Program-made: the position numbers and the translations under genes
Assembly: GCA_016432365.1 (NCBI GenBank)
Contig: CP066686.1
Location: 757,992 to 791,500 of the forward strand
Length of the DNA: 33,509 nt
Source: Candidatus Woesebacteria bacterium
Lineage (GTDB): Bacteria > Patescibacteriota > Microgenomatia > UBA8517
Direction: 5' to 3'
The notes under the pieces: generated by a model
The model's input: only the letters and a program-made list of their open reading frames with translations
Told to the model about the DNA's origin: nothing
The model's database searches: none
Shown: in pieces, positions 1-7,686 of the stretch
Numbering within the stretch: the first letter of the stretch is position 1
How the letters are laid out: the number at the start of each line of letters is the position of its first letter

Positions 1-835
1 TCGTGCACATAACTTCCGGGACTCCTCGAGTTAAATGTTTGTTGGCGATTCCGATAGTTGTTTGGGGACGGTATCCTATATTGCTTATATAGAGCAGATC
101 GGGTTTATAGGATTGTGTGAGTTGATCTAAAGTATTTACATCACTTATAACTTGTGTAAATTTAACCTTTTTTGCTTTGTTCTGTAATTCAATATAATTT
201 GCTTCTGTCATTACAATATCTCCTACAAATCTGTTATTCCTTGTTTTTTTGTTATATCTCATTCTTGAAAATCCATTAAAACTGTACTCATCTGTCCCGA
301 TAAGTTTGGGTTCTCTAAATATCAACCTAAAAAACATCTTAGCTTCTTCCGAAAGGTAATTTTCGACTTTGTTATAGACTTTTTCGTCCCAAATAGGATT
401 AAATTGATTCCTACTTTCTCGACGTTTTGTCCAACCGCCAAATAGTTTTGTATATTCTGACATGGTAAGGTGACACAAGGCCGCGTGCCTAAGTTCAGTA
501 TTAAATGCCGCGGCGGGGGAAACATCAAAGCAAATTATTTCTGTGGCTCCTGCGTTGATAAATGCATGAGCAAATTCACCACTACCGGAAACAGTCATAA
601 CTCGTTTTCCATCTAATTTCAGCGTCATGAGAGACTCCAATGAATCTGAAGAGTTCAAATATAGAGAGTTTTCATGCTGCGTCCCGTGCCCGGCCTCAAC
701 TTGGTTAAGTGTATCGCTTAAATATTGTGGAATCGTTTTTTGCATATCGCCTAAATTATCGTCATAGAAAGTGTGGATGCCAGACTCATGTCTTATTGGG
801 TTTTTATCTATATCGATTTGACCAGGTTTCTCCAT
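1..835 (-). CDS. DUF3419/BtaA-like SAM-dependent methyltransferase-fold protein; the 3' end runs off the window
   Basis: It is absent from the ORF track because no stop lies inside the window. My minus-strand translation from ATG 835-833 reads MEKPGQIDIDKNPIRHESG...GKRVMTVSGSGEFAHAFINAGATEIICFDVSPAAAFNTELRHAALCHLTMSEYTKLFGGW... and stays open to position 1. The pattern recalls DUF3419/BtaA-type proteins. Tracked ORFs 322..528(-) and 709..894(+) are off-frame shadows of this gene. Confidence 0.55.
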   Translation of the reverse strand, partial: MEKPGQIDIDKNPIRHESGIHTFYDDNLGDMQKTIPQYLSDTLNQVEAGHGTQHENSLYLNSSDSLESLMTLKLDGKRVMTVSGSGEFAHAFINAGATEIICFDVSPAAAFNTELRHAALCHLTMSEYTKLFGGWTKRRESRNQFNPIWDEKVYNKVENYLSEEAKMFFRLIFREPKLIGTDEYSFNGFSRMRYNKKTRNNRFVGDIVMTEANYIELQNKAKKVKFTQVISDVNTLDQLTQSYKPDLLYISNIGYRPQTTIGIANKHLTRGVPEVMCT

Positions 836-945
836 ATATCCATTTTATACTATCAAAATTAAAATCAAGGATACTTTTTATTTCCAAGCTGTAAATTAGT
901 TAATTTTTTGGTAAAATACCAGGGGAGAAAGAAAAAAATTTATTC

Positions 946-1017
946 GCGGCGGTAGTTCATCGGTAGAACGTCTCCTTGCCAAGGAGAAGGTAGCGAGTCC
1001 AATTCTCGTCCGCCGCT
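946..1017 (+). tRNA. tRNA-Gly (anticodon GCC)
   Basis: It folds as a 72-nt cloverleaf. The acceptor is GCGGCGG/CCGCCGC, the anticodon loop is TTGCCAA and the discriminator is T. The T-loop reads TCCAATT (C at position 55). No CCA is encoded. Confidence 0.9.
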
Positions 1018-1075
1018 CAATTTTCAAAAAAACTTGACACCACATATCCGTTTATGGCATTCTGACTTGATATAA

Positions 1076-1708
1076 ATGGAGACAAGTATATTTGATAAAG
1101 AGGAAAATATCGGTTTTTGGAAAAACCTGATTTTAGTTGCAGTTTTTTTTACAATTACTCCTATTACACTTGGAATTAGCGTTTATTCTCTATTTTCATT
1201 TAAGAGCGGGTTGCTCTCAAAAGACGCGTTTGGAATAAATCATGTTTCCTCCTCGCAATCAGGTGTACGTGTCTATGCATCCCTCCCTACAAAGTTGCCT
1301 ATCGTTTCCGGTGAAGTCGGACTTGCAGATGCAAGACCGGAAATAATAAAACAATACCTTGAATACTACCATTCTCCTCTTGTTCCTTACGCAAATTTCA
1401 TTGTCACTACAGCTGATAAATATTCGCTCGACTTCAGACTAATTACAGCAATCGCTCAACAGGAAAGCAATTTGTGCAAAATTATTCCCCCCGGCTCGTA
1501 TAACTGCTGGGGTTGGGGAATCACCAGTGTAGGAACTCTGGGCTTTGACTCATTTGAAGAGGGAATCGAAACAGTTTCCAGAGGACTCAGGAAAAATTAT
1601 TTAGACAAAGGTTATATAACTGTTAGGGATATCATGTCCAAATACACCCCTCAATCCAATGGCTCTTGGGCCGACGGAGTCTCCCAATTCATGTCCGAAA
1701 TGGAATAG
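1076..1708 (+). CDS. Membrane-anchored lysozyme-like peptidoglycan hydrolase family protein (paralog 1)
   Basis: It has an N-terminal TM helix (LILVAVFFTITPITLGISVYSLF). The C-terminal domain carries YLEYYHSPL...LITAIAQQESNLCK...CWGWG, a Glu-Ser motif typical of SLT/glucosaminidase-like folds. It is a paralog of 1850..2371. Confidence 0.55.
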   Translation: METSIFDKEENIGFWKNLILVAVFFTITPITLGISVYSLFSFKSGLLSKDAFGINHVSSSQSGVRVYASLPTKLPIVSGEVGLADARPEIIKQYLEYYHSPLVPYANFIVTTADKYSLDFRLITAIAQQESNLCKIIPPGSYNCWGWGITSVGTLGFDSFEEGIETVSRGLRKNYLDKGYITVRDIMSKYTPQSNGSWADGVSQFMSEME

Positions 1709-1721
1709 CCTTCTATATAGT

Positions 1722-1750
1722 TTGACATACCTATAATTTCATGCTATAGT
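1722..1750 (+). promoter_or_regulatory. Sigma70-like promoter (TTGACA, 17-nt spacer, TATAGT)
   Basis: TTGACA lies at 1722-1727 and TATAGT at 1745-1750 with an exact 17-nt spacer. It sits in the intergenic region after the stop at 1706-1708. Confidence 0.55.
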
Positions 1751-1809
1751 ACACATACATTCCGAGGCTTAGTCACGGAAACGTGAACTCGGCGTTGGAA
1801 TTTATATTT

Positions 1810-1839
1810 GGGGCGTGCCTTACGGTACGCCCCTTTTTT
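1810..1839 (+). terminator. Intrinsic terminator-like hairpin 10 nt before the next start codon
   Basis: GGGGCGTGCC (1810-1819), loop TTAC and GGTACGCCCC (1824-1833) are followed by TTTTTT (1834-1839). Confidence 0.7.
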
Positions 1840-1849
1840 GGCAAAAGCA

Positions 1850-2371
1850 ATGAAAAAACTAATTACATTGTTAACCTTATTTATACTTATAGGTATATTT
1901 ACAAACACGGCAAAGGCGGAGGAAACGGTTGTTTCAGGATCTGGGACAATCAGGCTTGGCGTGGCTAAACCCCAATTTGATTATCGTGTAGAGAATCTTA
2001 GGCACTATCTTGATAGGTTCAACTCTCCGCTTACTTCTTATTCCGAAGAATTTGTTATGTATGCAGACCTTTACGGCCTTGATTACCGTCTTGTGCCTGC
2101 AATAACAGGCGTTGAATCAACATTTGGTAAGCATATCCCGTATAAATCTTATAATGCCTACGGCTGGGCCAACGGAAATTACAAATTTTTATCTTGGGAG
2201 GATTCCATCAAACATGTAACTATGACCCTCAGAAATGAATACATCAACAAAGGTGCAGCCTCTATTGCTAAAATATCAAGGCGTTACGCCCCACCTTCCA
2301 CCACTTGGGCAGGCAAAGTGTCCTATTTCATAGGCAAAATTGACTCGCTTCCTGTTTCCTACGACATCTAA
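1850..2371 (+). CDS. Secreted lysozyme-like peptidoglycan hydrolase family protein (paralog 2)
   Basis: The start is moved to ATG 1850, giving a signal-peptide-like MKKLITLLTLFILIGIFTNTAKA. The tracked TTG 1808 start lies inside the terminator hairpin. Motifs YLDRFNSPL...LVPAITGVESTFGK...YNAYGWANG parallel those of 1076..1708. Confidence 0.6.
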   Translation: MKKLITLLTLFILIGIFTNTAKAEETVVSGSGTIRLGVAKPQFDYRVENLRHYLDRFNSPLTSYSEEFVMYADLYGLDYRLVPAITGVESTFGKHIPYKSYNAYGWANGNYKFLSWEDSIKHVTMTLRNEYINKGAASIAKISRRYAPPSTTWAGKVSYFIGKIDSLPVSYDI

Positions 2372-2401
2372 AACTTCTTCGTCTGATATAATTAGTCACA
2401 A

Positions 2402-2483
2402 GCCTCCGTGGCGGAATTGGTATACGCGTACGGTTTAGGACCGTATTCCGTAAGGATTAGAGGTTCAAGTCCTCTCGGAGGCA
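2402..2483 (+). tRNA. tRNA-Leu (anticodon TAG), class II with a long variable arm
   Basis: The acceptor is GCCTCCG/CGGAGGC. The anticodon stem TACGG/CCGTA carries loop TTTAGGA. It has a long variable arm, T-arm AGAGG-TTCAAGT-CCTCT and discriminator A. An extended -10 (TGaTATAAT, 2384-2392) ends 9 nt upstream. Confidence 0.9.
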
Positions 2484-2657
2484 CTCGCCAAGCTCGTTTT
2501 CGTTCGGGCTTGATAGTGCATTTTAAGGACTAACTTGCACACAAGTCCTCTCGGAGGCACTCGCCAAGCTCGTTTTCGTTCGGGCTTGATAGTGCATTTT
2601 AAGGACTAACTTGCACACAAGTCCTCTCGGAGGCACTCGCCAAGCTCGTTTTCGTTC
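2466..2657 (+). repeat. Perfect tandem direct repeat, 76-bp unit, about 2.5 copies; each copy starts with the last 18 nt of tRNA-Leu
   Basis: The units span 2466-2541, 2542-2617 and 2618-2657 (partial, 40 nt). All are identical by eye. Each unit begins CAAGTCCTCTCGGAGGCA, which is the tRNA T-loop C56 through the discriminator. Confidence 0.9.
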
Positions 2658-2723
2658 AGTTTTGGTAGTAGAACAGTTTACAAAAGTTGCAATTTAAAAC
2701 GAACTGGAGTAAATTTCTATGTG

Positions 2724-3167
2724 ATGACTGAAAACAGTAATGATCTGACACAATTTGCCCAAGAAAATTGGATGCTTAGCTCCCATGACAAAGCACAGAA
2801 AATTTTGTCACACCCAGATCCTTTGTCGGCAATGTTTGCAATTCAGTTAGATATCGGTACTACTGGGTTACCGAGGCCAGATAGGTTCAGAATTCTGGGG
2901 GGCCCTGAACTCGCAGCTGCAGTTTCGATGTCCTCAAGAGAAGACCAGTATGAAACTATTATGTTCGCCGCTAAACAAGCAGTTGATCAAATTAAGGCTT
3001 TAATGCCTACAGAAAGTGCCGAAAAGTTATTAGTTGATAAGGAACATTATTTAGATATTTATAGCGCGTTCGAATTCGCCGTCAAGGCAAGATACAAAGA
3101 AGAGGCGTGGACCAACATATTGGGTGATGGGGAATTACGAAGCGTATTTGAAAAGCACGCCAGGTGA
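2724..3167 (+). CDS. Hypothetical protein (no recognisable domain)
   Basis: It is a 147-aa ORF (GTG 2721 or ATG 2724) with protein-like composition. I recognise no family signature. Confidence 0.45.
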   Translation: MTENSNDLTQFAQENWMLSSHDKAQKILSHPDPLSAMFAIQLDIGTTGLPRPDRFRILGGPELAAAVSMSSREDQYETIMFAAKQAVDQIKALMPTESAEKLLVDKEHYLDIYSAFEFAVKARYKEEAWTNILGDGELRSVFEKHAR

Positions 3168-3380
3168 ATTGACACACTGTTACCTAAAGAATTTAATTTA
3201 CTTCCAGAAAAAATCATAACAGCTATTCTATTTAGGTTTATTTTGGGGTATATTATAATAAGAAATAGGCAATAAAATGAAAAACGATTCCATCCACTTA
3301 CACAAAAGGCATAACAACTCACTCGAAAGCTTATTGTACTTGGCCATACCAATCTTAGTTTTTGTTGCAGTAATCTTAAT

Positions 3381-3887
3381 ATGGTTAAACAAATAATATT
3401 GCCGCTTGTAGCAGTAATGGTTTTTATTGCCTTAGTTGGTTTTTACTATAAAAAATCATCTGATCCCGTTTCACCAGCTGCTTCTCCGCAAGCTTCGGCC
3501 GGAGTTACAAAAAAAACATTAATGATAGGGGATAGAATAATTCCGGTAGAGGTTGTTTCCACTCCCGAACTTCGCGCCAAGGGACTTTCGGGACGGACTT
3601 CTCTTGATCAAAATTCGGGAATGCTGTTTACATTTGAATCCCAAAATACCACACCAAATTTTTGGATGAAAGACATGAAAATCGCTATCGACATTATTTG
3701 GATCAATGACGGCAAAATTGTAAAAATTGATAAGAACGTAAAGCCCCAGGCTGAAGGAACTGGTGATTCAAAACTGCAAGTTTACAATCCCGGTCAACCA
3801 ATAGATTTTGTATTAGAAGTAAACGCCAATTATTCGATTAATAACAGTATTCTGGTTGGAGACACGGTTGATCTCTCCAAAATTTAG
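3381..3887 (+). CDS. DUF192 domain-containing protein with an N-terminal TM anchor
   Basis: The stretch ELRAKGLSGRTSLDQNSGMLFTF...FWMKDMKIAIDIIWINDGKIVKI...PIDFVLEVNA matches the DUF192 (COG1430) pattern. Confidence 0.8.
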   Translation: MVKQIILPLVAVMVFIALVGFYYKKSSDPVSPAASPQASAGVTKKTLMIGDRIIPVEVVSTPELRAKGLSGRTSLDQNSGMLFTFESQNTTPNFWMKDMKIAIDIIWINDGKIVKIDKNVKPQAEGTGDSKLQVYNPGQPIDFVLEVNANYSINNSILVGDTVDLSKI

Positions 3888-3914
3888 GCCTCTTCCAAAG
3901 AACCCACCCCATAG

Positions 3915-5105
3915 TTGATTTCTTTATACATTAAAAGATATAATTCCGGGGTGAAAGAAAACGAAAAGATATTTGAACAGGCGGGAAGATGGTCTGTACT
4001 GGGTGAATATAGGCCGATTCTTAGGGATTTTGCAGGTCTCAGCACCGCAGATTTTTCGTTGGAAAAAAATCAACATGCTTTGGAAGTATTGTTTGCCGAT
4101 TATCTTGCAAAACTAAGAAGCGAGGCCTCCCGTTCCGACAAGCAGAGTCTGTTATATTTACGACTTGCCCCGCTTTGCTCACCCGAGATTTTCCAGGACA
4201 AAAAGTACGGAATAAAAGAAAATTTGAATTTTTTGGATAGTCCTATACAAAAAATTGACGACCCTCTTTACGTGATTGCCCGTGAGGTCCAAAGAATGGC
4301 TCCCGGTTCACTAAAACTACTTAGCGTTCCTGAATATTTTTTTAAACCTGAGGAAAAATTCCCAAATCTTATACCTACAATTCTCGAGTACACTTTCCGT
4401 ACACGCTCTTTGCCCAACCCCGTTGCAATGCGTATACCGGCACTTCTCAGATACGATCCCACTGCCCCACATTTTATACAATCTAATTTACCTTTGGTGC
4501 AAAGAATTGCAGAAGTGTTAAAAAGTGTGGAGGAAAATGTAAGTGTTGACATAAAACACTTACCCAGATATGCCGGTAAAGATAACGAATTGATTGTGAT
4601 GCATGCTGAAGCACCTGTTCTGGATTGGCCGGCACTTTTCCCCGGAGCAAGAATTACAACCCCAATCGTTGCGGCTTTTTCAGAAACCCCCCAACTTCCC
4701 ATGGATGATTCCCAATTTGAATCGATTACAATTTCGTCGGGTGAAGTTACCAAAAGTTGGCAGGGATCAACCCGGGGTACGCTTTTTAAAAGAATTATCC
4801 CCATACCGGAAGCAGTAGAATGGTGGTCATTTCAAAACACCGTTAATCAAATAACTAATGTGGTAACGGAAAGATCCGTAAGGAACTCTGCAGAACTTGC
4901 TACGGATATTCTTTCATTAGAGGGGATTAGAGTAGAAAGAGAAGAGCGAAGTGCCACATTTGCGGTTCATGCACCAATTTTGATTATGGCGGCCTATGCG
5001 CAAACCGTTGTGCAGGGTGTTAGACAAGGGTTAGCTCTGAGAGAATCTAATCAAATTGCAAACGATAAAGTGATAAGGGAACAGCGAGAAAGATCTTGGG
5101 CATAG
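3915..5105 (+). CDS. Hypothetical protein, 396 aa, ORFan
   Basis: It is a long open frame with a TTG start (an alternative GTG lies at 3951). I recognise no domain. A long antisense shadow ORF (4268..4804) is consistent with locally higher GC. Confidence 0.5.
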   Translation: MISLYIKRYNSGVKENEKIFEQAGRWSVLGEYRPILRDFAGLSTADFSLEKNQHALEVLFADYLAKLRSEASRSDKQSLLYLRLAPLCSPEIFQDKKYGIKENLNFLDSPIQKIDDPLYVIAREVQRMAPGSLKLLSVPEYFFKPEEKFPNLIPTILEYTFRTRSLPNPVAMRIPALLRYDPTAPHFIQSNLPLVQRIAEVLKSVEENVSVDIKHLPRYAGKDNELIVMHAEAPVLDWPALFPGARITTPIVAAFSETPQLPMDDSQFESITISSGEVTKSWQGSTRGTLFKRIIPIPEAVEWWSFQNTVNQITNVVTERSVRNSAELATDILSLEGIRVEREERSATFAVHAPILIMAAYAQTVVQGVRQGLALRESNQIANDKVIREQRERSWA

Positions 5106-5110
5106 TACTT

Positions 5111-5968
5111 ATGAAAAAAGAATACCAAATACAAACAACCACACAGTTTCCATCGACATGGGAAGCGGCGGGAGCGTGGGTCATTGCAGACAGAACCCCC
5201 GAACTTATAACCAGAATGGACATTCCGGCTCTCGTTATTGCAGCAAGTACCGTCATGAAGACCATGAGCGAAACCGGAGTTAACGGAGAACTTCTCCCAT
5301 CACTTGTCACCTGGATGCGAGAACATATGAATGCCAAAGAAAACATTTCCGAACGTTCTACTGCACATCCTGTTTTTTCAAAACTCTTTCCTATTCCAAA
5401 CCTTCCCAGTACAGTTGCTCCGGAATGGCACCCCTGGGAAATTATAGAAACTGCGGAACCTAAACGGGTGGTTGTTGTCCAACCCCTGATCCTTGACCCG
5501 GTTGCAATTCCAAAAGTAATGGTTATGACACAGGTAAAAGCAGAGGCTTACAGCCCTCCTTACGTTGATCCGTTTGTAATGGCGCAAGTTGATATTGATG
5601 ATCCAAGCCCAACTTTATCCCGGCAAGAAACCGGTCATTTAAGAATGCTTGTCGCATCTTTTTGGGATAATCTCGTAAATGCAAACAAATTGGGAGAGGT
5701 TTCACAAAAGCTGGCACTTTTGACTCCACACAAGGCCGCGGAAGCATTTCCGAAAGTTGAACAGGAGGCTTCCGATCATATCTCCCAATTAATAGAAAGG
5801 ATCGGTCTTTATTTAAGAAGTCAAAACCATTCCGATATAAATTTTCCGCTTTCGATGGTCGCCAGAGGTGCAATACAACTTCCGTGGATAATTAAAGCGG
5901 CTGAAGCCTGGATGAACCCAATTCGCACCCTGGCCGAAGCCGGGCACATAGAGCTGCCGGTTGCCTAA
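5111..5968 (+). CDS. Hypothetical protein, about 285 aa, ORFan
   Basis: ATG 5111 (MKKEYQIQ...) lies 5 nt after the upstream stop; the tracked start at 5096 would overlap that gene. I recognise no domain. Its stop overlaps the convergent polymerase stop (CTAA at 5965-5968). Confidence 0.5.
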   Translation: MKKEYQIQTTTQFPSTWEAAGAWVIADRTPELITRMDIPALVIAASTVMKTMSETGVNGELLPSLVTWMREHMNAKENISERSTAHPVFSKLFPIPNLPSTVAPEWHPWEIIETAEPKRVVVVQPLILDPVAIPKVMVMTQVKAEAYSPPYVDPFVMAQVDIDDPSPTLSRQETGHLRMLVASFWDNLVNANKLGEVSQKLALLTPHKAAEAFPKVEQEASDHISQLIERIGLYLRSQNHSDINFPLSMVARGAIQLPWIIKAAEAWMNPIRTLAEAGHIELPVA

Positions 5969-7215
5969 GCAAGAGTAAATTCTTCAAGCTCTTTGATTCC
6001 GCCAAAGGCTATCCTGTCCTGAACTACTTTGGCGCCGCTAAAACCCCTAGCCGATCCTATTGTAAACTCTCCCCAGCGTTTATTTACAACGTCGATAGCA
6101 GCTATTAAATCGCGTTTTTCAGTTATGCCTTCAAAAAAATCCAATTGTATTGACGTGTTACTTTTGAGGCTAAAGAAAGAAACTGCGATATTCAAGACAG
6201 GTGAAACGGGACTGGCCTCAAGTAAAAGTCTAAAAACAGCCCTATAAAGATCTTTTGAATCAAACATCTGCCTGCCGATAGCCTTACCCCTGTGCCACCA
6301 TTTACCGTTTTTGTAGGCTAAAAAGAGGTGAATGCCACCCGCAGTGTATCCGGCCCTCCTTAATCTACTACAGGCCTTCTCCGTGAGTCTGGCAAGGACG
6401 GGTGAAAGGTCGGGGATTGTACTCAAGTTTTTACCCAAAGCCACCGAGTTTCCATAGCTTCTACGGGCATATTCCACATCGTCGGCTTCATAACCTGTGA
6501 GTCTGGTATGCCAATAAAGACCGGTGATGGAATGAAAGGCGGCCCTGAGCCTCCAAATAGGGGCTTTGTAGAAATCTAAGACTGAGTAAATTCCCATCGA
6601 ATTAAGTCGAGCGGCATTGGCGTTTTTTATTCCGGTTAAATCAGTAAGTTTAAGATTTGAGTAAATGTCTAGAAAATTTTTAGAATTTATTTCGTCCAAT
6701 CCGTCTGGTTTATGAAGACCGGCTGCGATTTTGGCCAAATAGCGGTTTGGGGCGATACCAATCGAAACAGTAAGCCATTCGCCAATTTCTGCTCTTATTC
6801 TATTTTTAATTTCTTGTGCGACCACCTTTAAAGACCGTGTCTTTAAAGTGGAATAATTTTCAAGATTTAAAACAAATTCGTCAATACTTTTGGGGACAAA
6901 ATCGTTGGTATAGTCCGAAATTAATTTCCTGAGTTTTATGTGAATATTCCTGTATTTCTGGGGATCGGGAGATAAAACTATTAAACTTCGATAGATTTCG
7001 CGCCCTTCACGGACTCTCATGCCTGTTTTTATTCCCAATTTTTTGGCTTCGATCGATGCGGCAAGAATACATCCATTGGGTGTTGTATATGCGGCGACTG
7101 CAACCGGCTTTCCCCGCAAAAGAGGATTGGCCTGTTGTTCGATTGTGGCAAAACAAGAGTTGAGGTCAATGTGCATTATGTAGGATGGATTATTGTTAAA
7201 ATTCAGAGTATCCAT
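5965..7215 (-). CDS. dinB: Y-family DNA polymerase (Pol IV/DinB-like)
   Basis: The N-terminal MHIDLNSCFATIEQQ...GKPVAV and the catalytic SIDEFVLNL motif are present. The little-finger region is full length at 416 aa. Confidence 0.85.
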   Translation of the reverse strand: MDTLNFNNNPSYIMHIDLNSCFATIEQQANPLLRGKPVAVAAYTTPNGCILAASIEAKKLGIKTGMRVREGREIYRSLIVLSPDPQKYRNIHIKLRKLISDYTNDFVPKSIDEFVLNLENYSTLKTRSLKVVAQEIKNRIRAEIGEWLTVSIGIAPNRYLAKIAAGLHKPDGLDEINSKNFLDIYSNLKLTDLTGIKNANAARLNSMGIYSVLDFYKAPIWRLRAAFHSITGLYWHTRLTGYEADDVEYARRSYGNSVALGKNLSTIPDLSPVLARLTEKACSRLRRAGYTAGGIHLFLAYKNGKWWHRGKAIGRQMFDSKDLYRAVFRLLLEASPVSPVLNIAVSFFSLKSNTSIQLDFFEGITEKRDLIAAIDVVNKRWGEFTIGSARGFSGAKVVQDRIAFGGIKELEEFTLA

Positions 7216-7361
7216 AATGAAACAGGATGTGCGAAATTTGAAGCTTGAAAAGAATAAAGAATGATGACGTCAGAAATTCGAATCAAAATTCTATTTTCAT
7301 TTTTCAGGTTTCTTTTCCGACTTCTATCTTCAGACGTCTGTTTTCGTCTTCTCTCGCTTAT

Positions 7362-7622
7362 TTAATCCGCCATCCCATCTGATATTTCCTCCAACTTCCA
7401 TCTCAAGGTGTCCGTATCCAGAATCAATTTAAAAAATAGCGTTTTGCTGGCTACAGAAAAAACATGATAAAGAGTACGCCCTGTGCGGTATGAGTGATGT
7501 AACCCAATATTAATTATTGCGTGAAGTTTTCCGTTCCAAACTACCCAGCGCGGCGAAATTCTGCTTTTAGTGTGATCAAAACTTACTCCAACCGAAATCG
7601 GCTCAGATATTTTTTGCAGCAT
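7362..7622 (-). CDS. Small hypothetical protein upstream of dinB
   Basis: It is an 86-aa ORF from ATG 7622; the tracked TTG 7634 sits too close to a TTGACT/TAAATT promoter-like pair. It lies on the same strand as the polymerase, 146 nt upstream of it. Confidence 0.5.
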   Translation of the reverse strand: MLQKISEPISVGVSFDHTKSRISPRWVVWNGKLHAIINIGLHHSYRTGRTLYHVFSVASKTLFFKLILDTDTLRWKLEEISDGMAD

Positions 7623-7686
7623 TTGATACTTCAATTTACACCCGAATAAAATACGAAGTCAATAAGTGAAATGGTACAATAAATAA

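Noticed and set aside
322-894. Tracked ORFs 322..528(-) and 709..894(+).
   Set aside because: Both are off-frame relative to the much longer open minus-strand frame (835 to <1), which encodes a DUF3419-like protein.
2466-2657. The tandem repeat as a possible CRISPR array.
   Set aside because: The 76-bp units are directly contiguous with no unique spacers, and each contains a tRNA 3' end. No cas genes are present.
4268-4804. Long antisense ORFs: 4268..4804, 5047..5346, 5523..5873, 8680..9162, 15056..15523, 28990..29367, 30980..31390, 31460..32140 and 32147..32563.
   Set aside because: Each is nested opposite a longer ORF that has recognisable motifs or better protein-like composition. Their translations are Ser/Leu/Phe-rich and low in complexity, as is typical of shadow frames.
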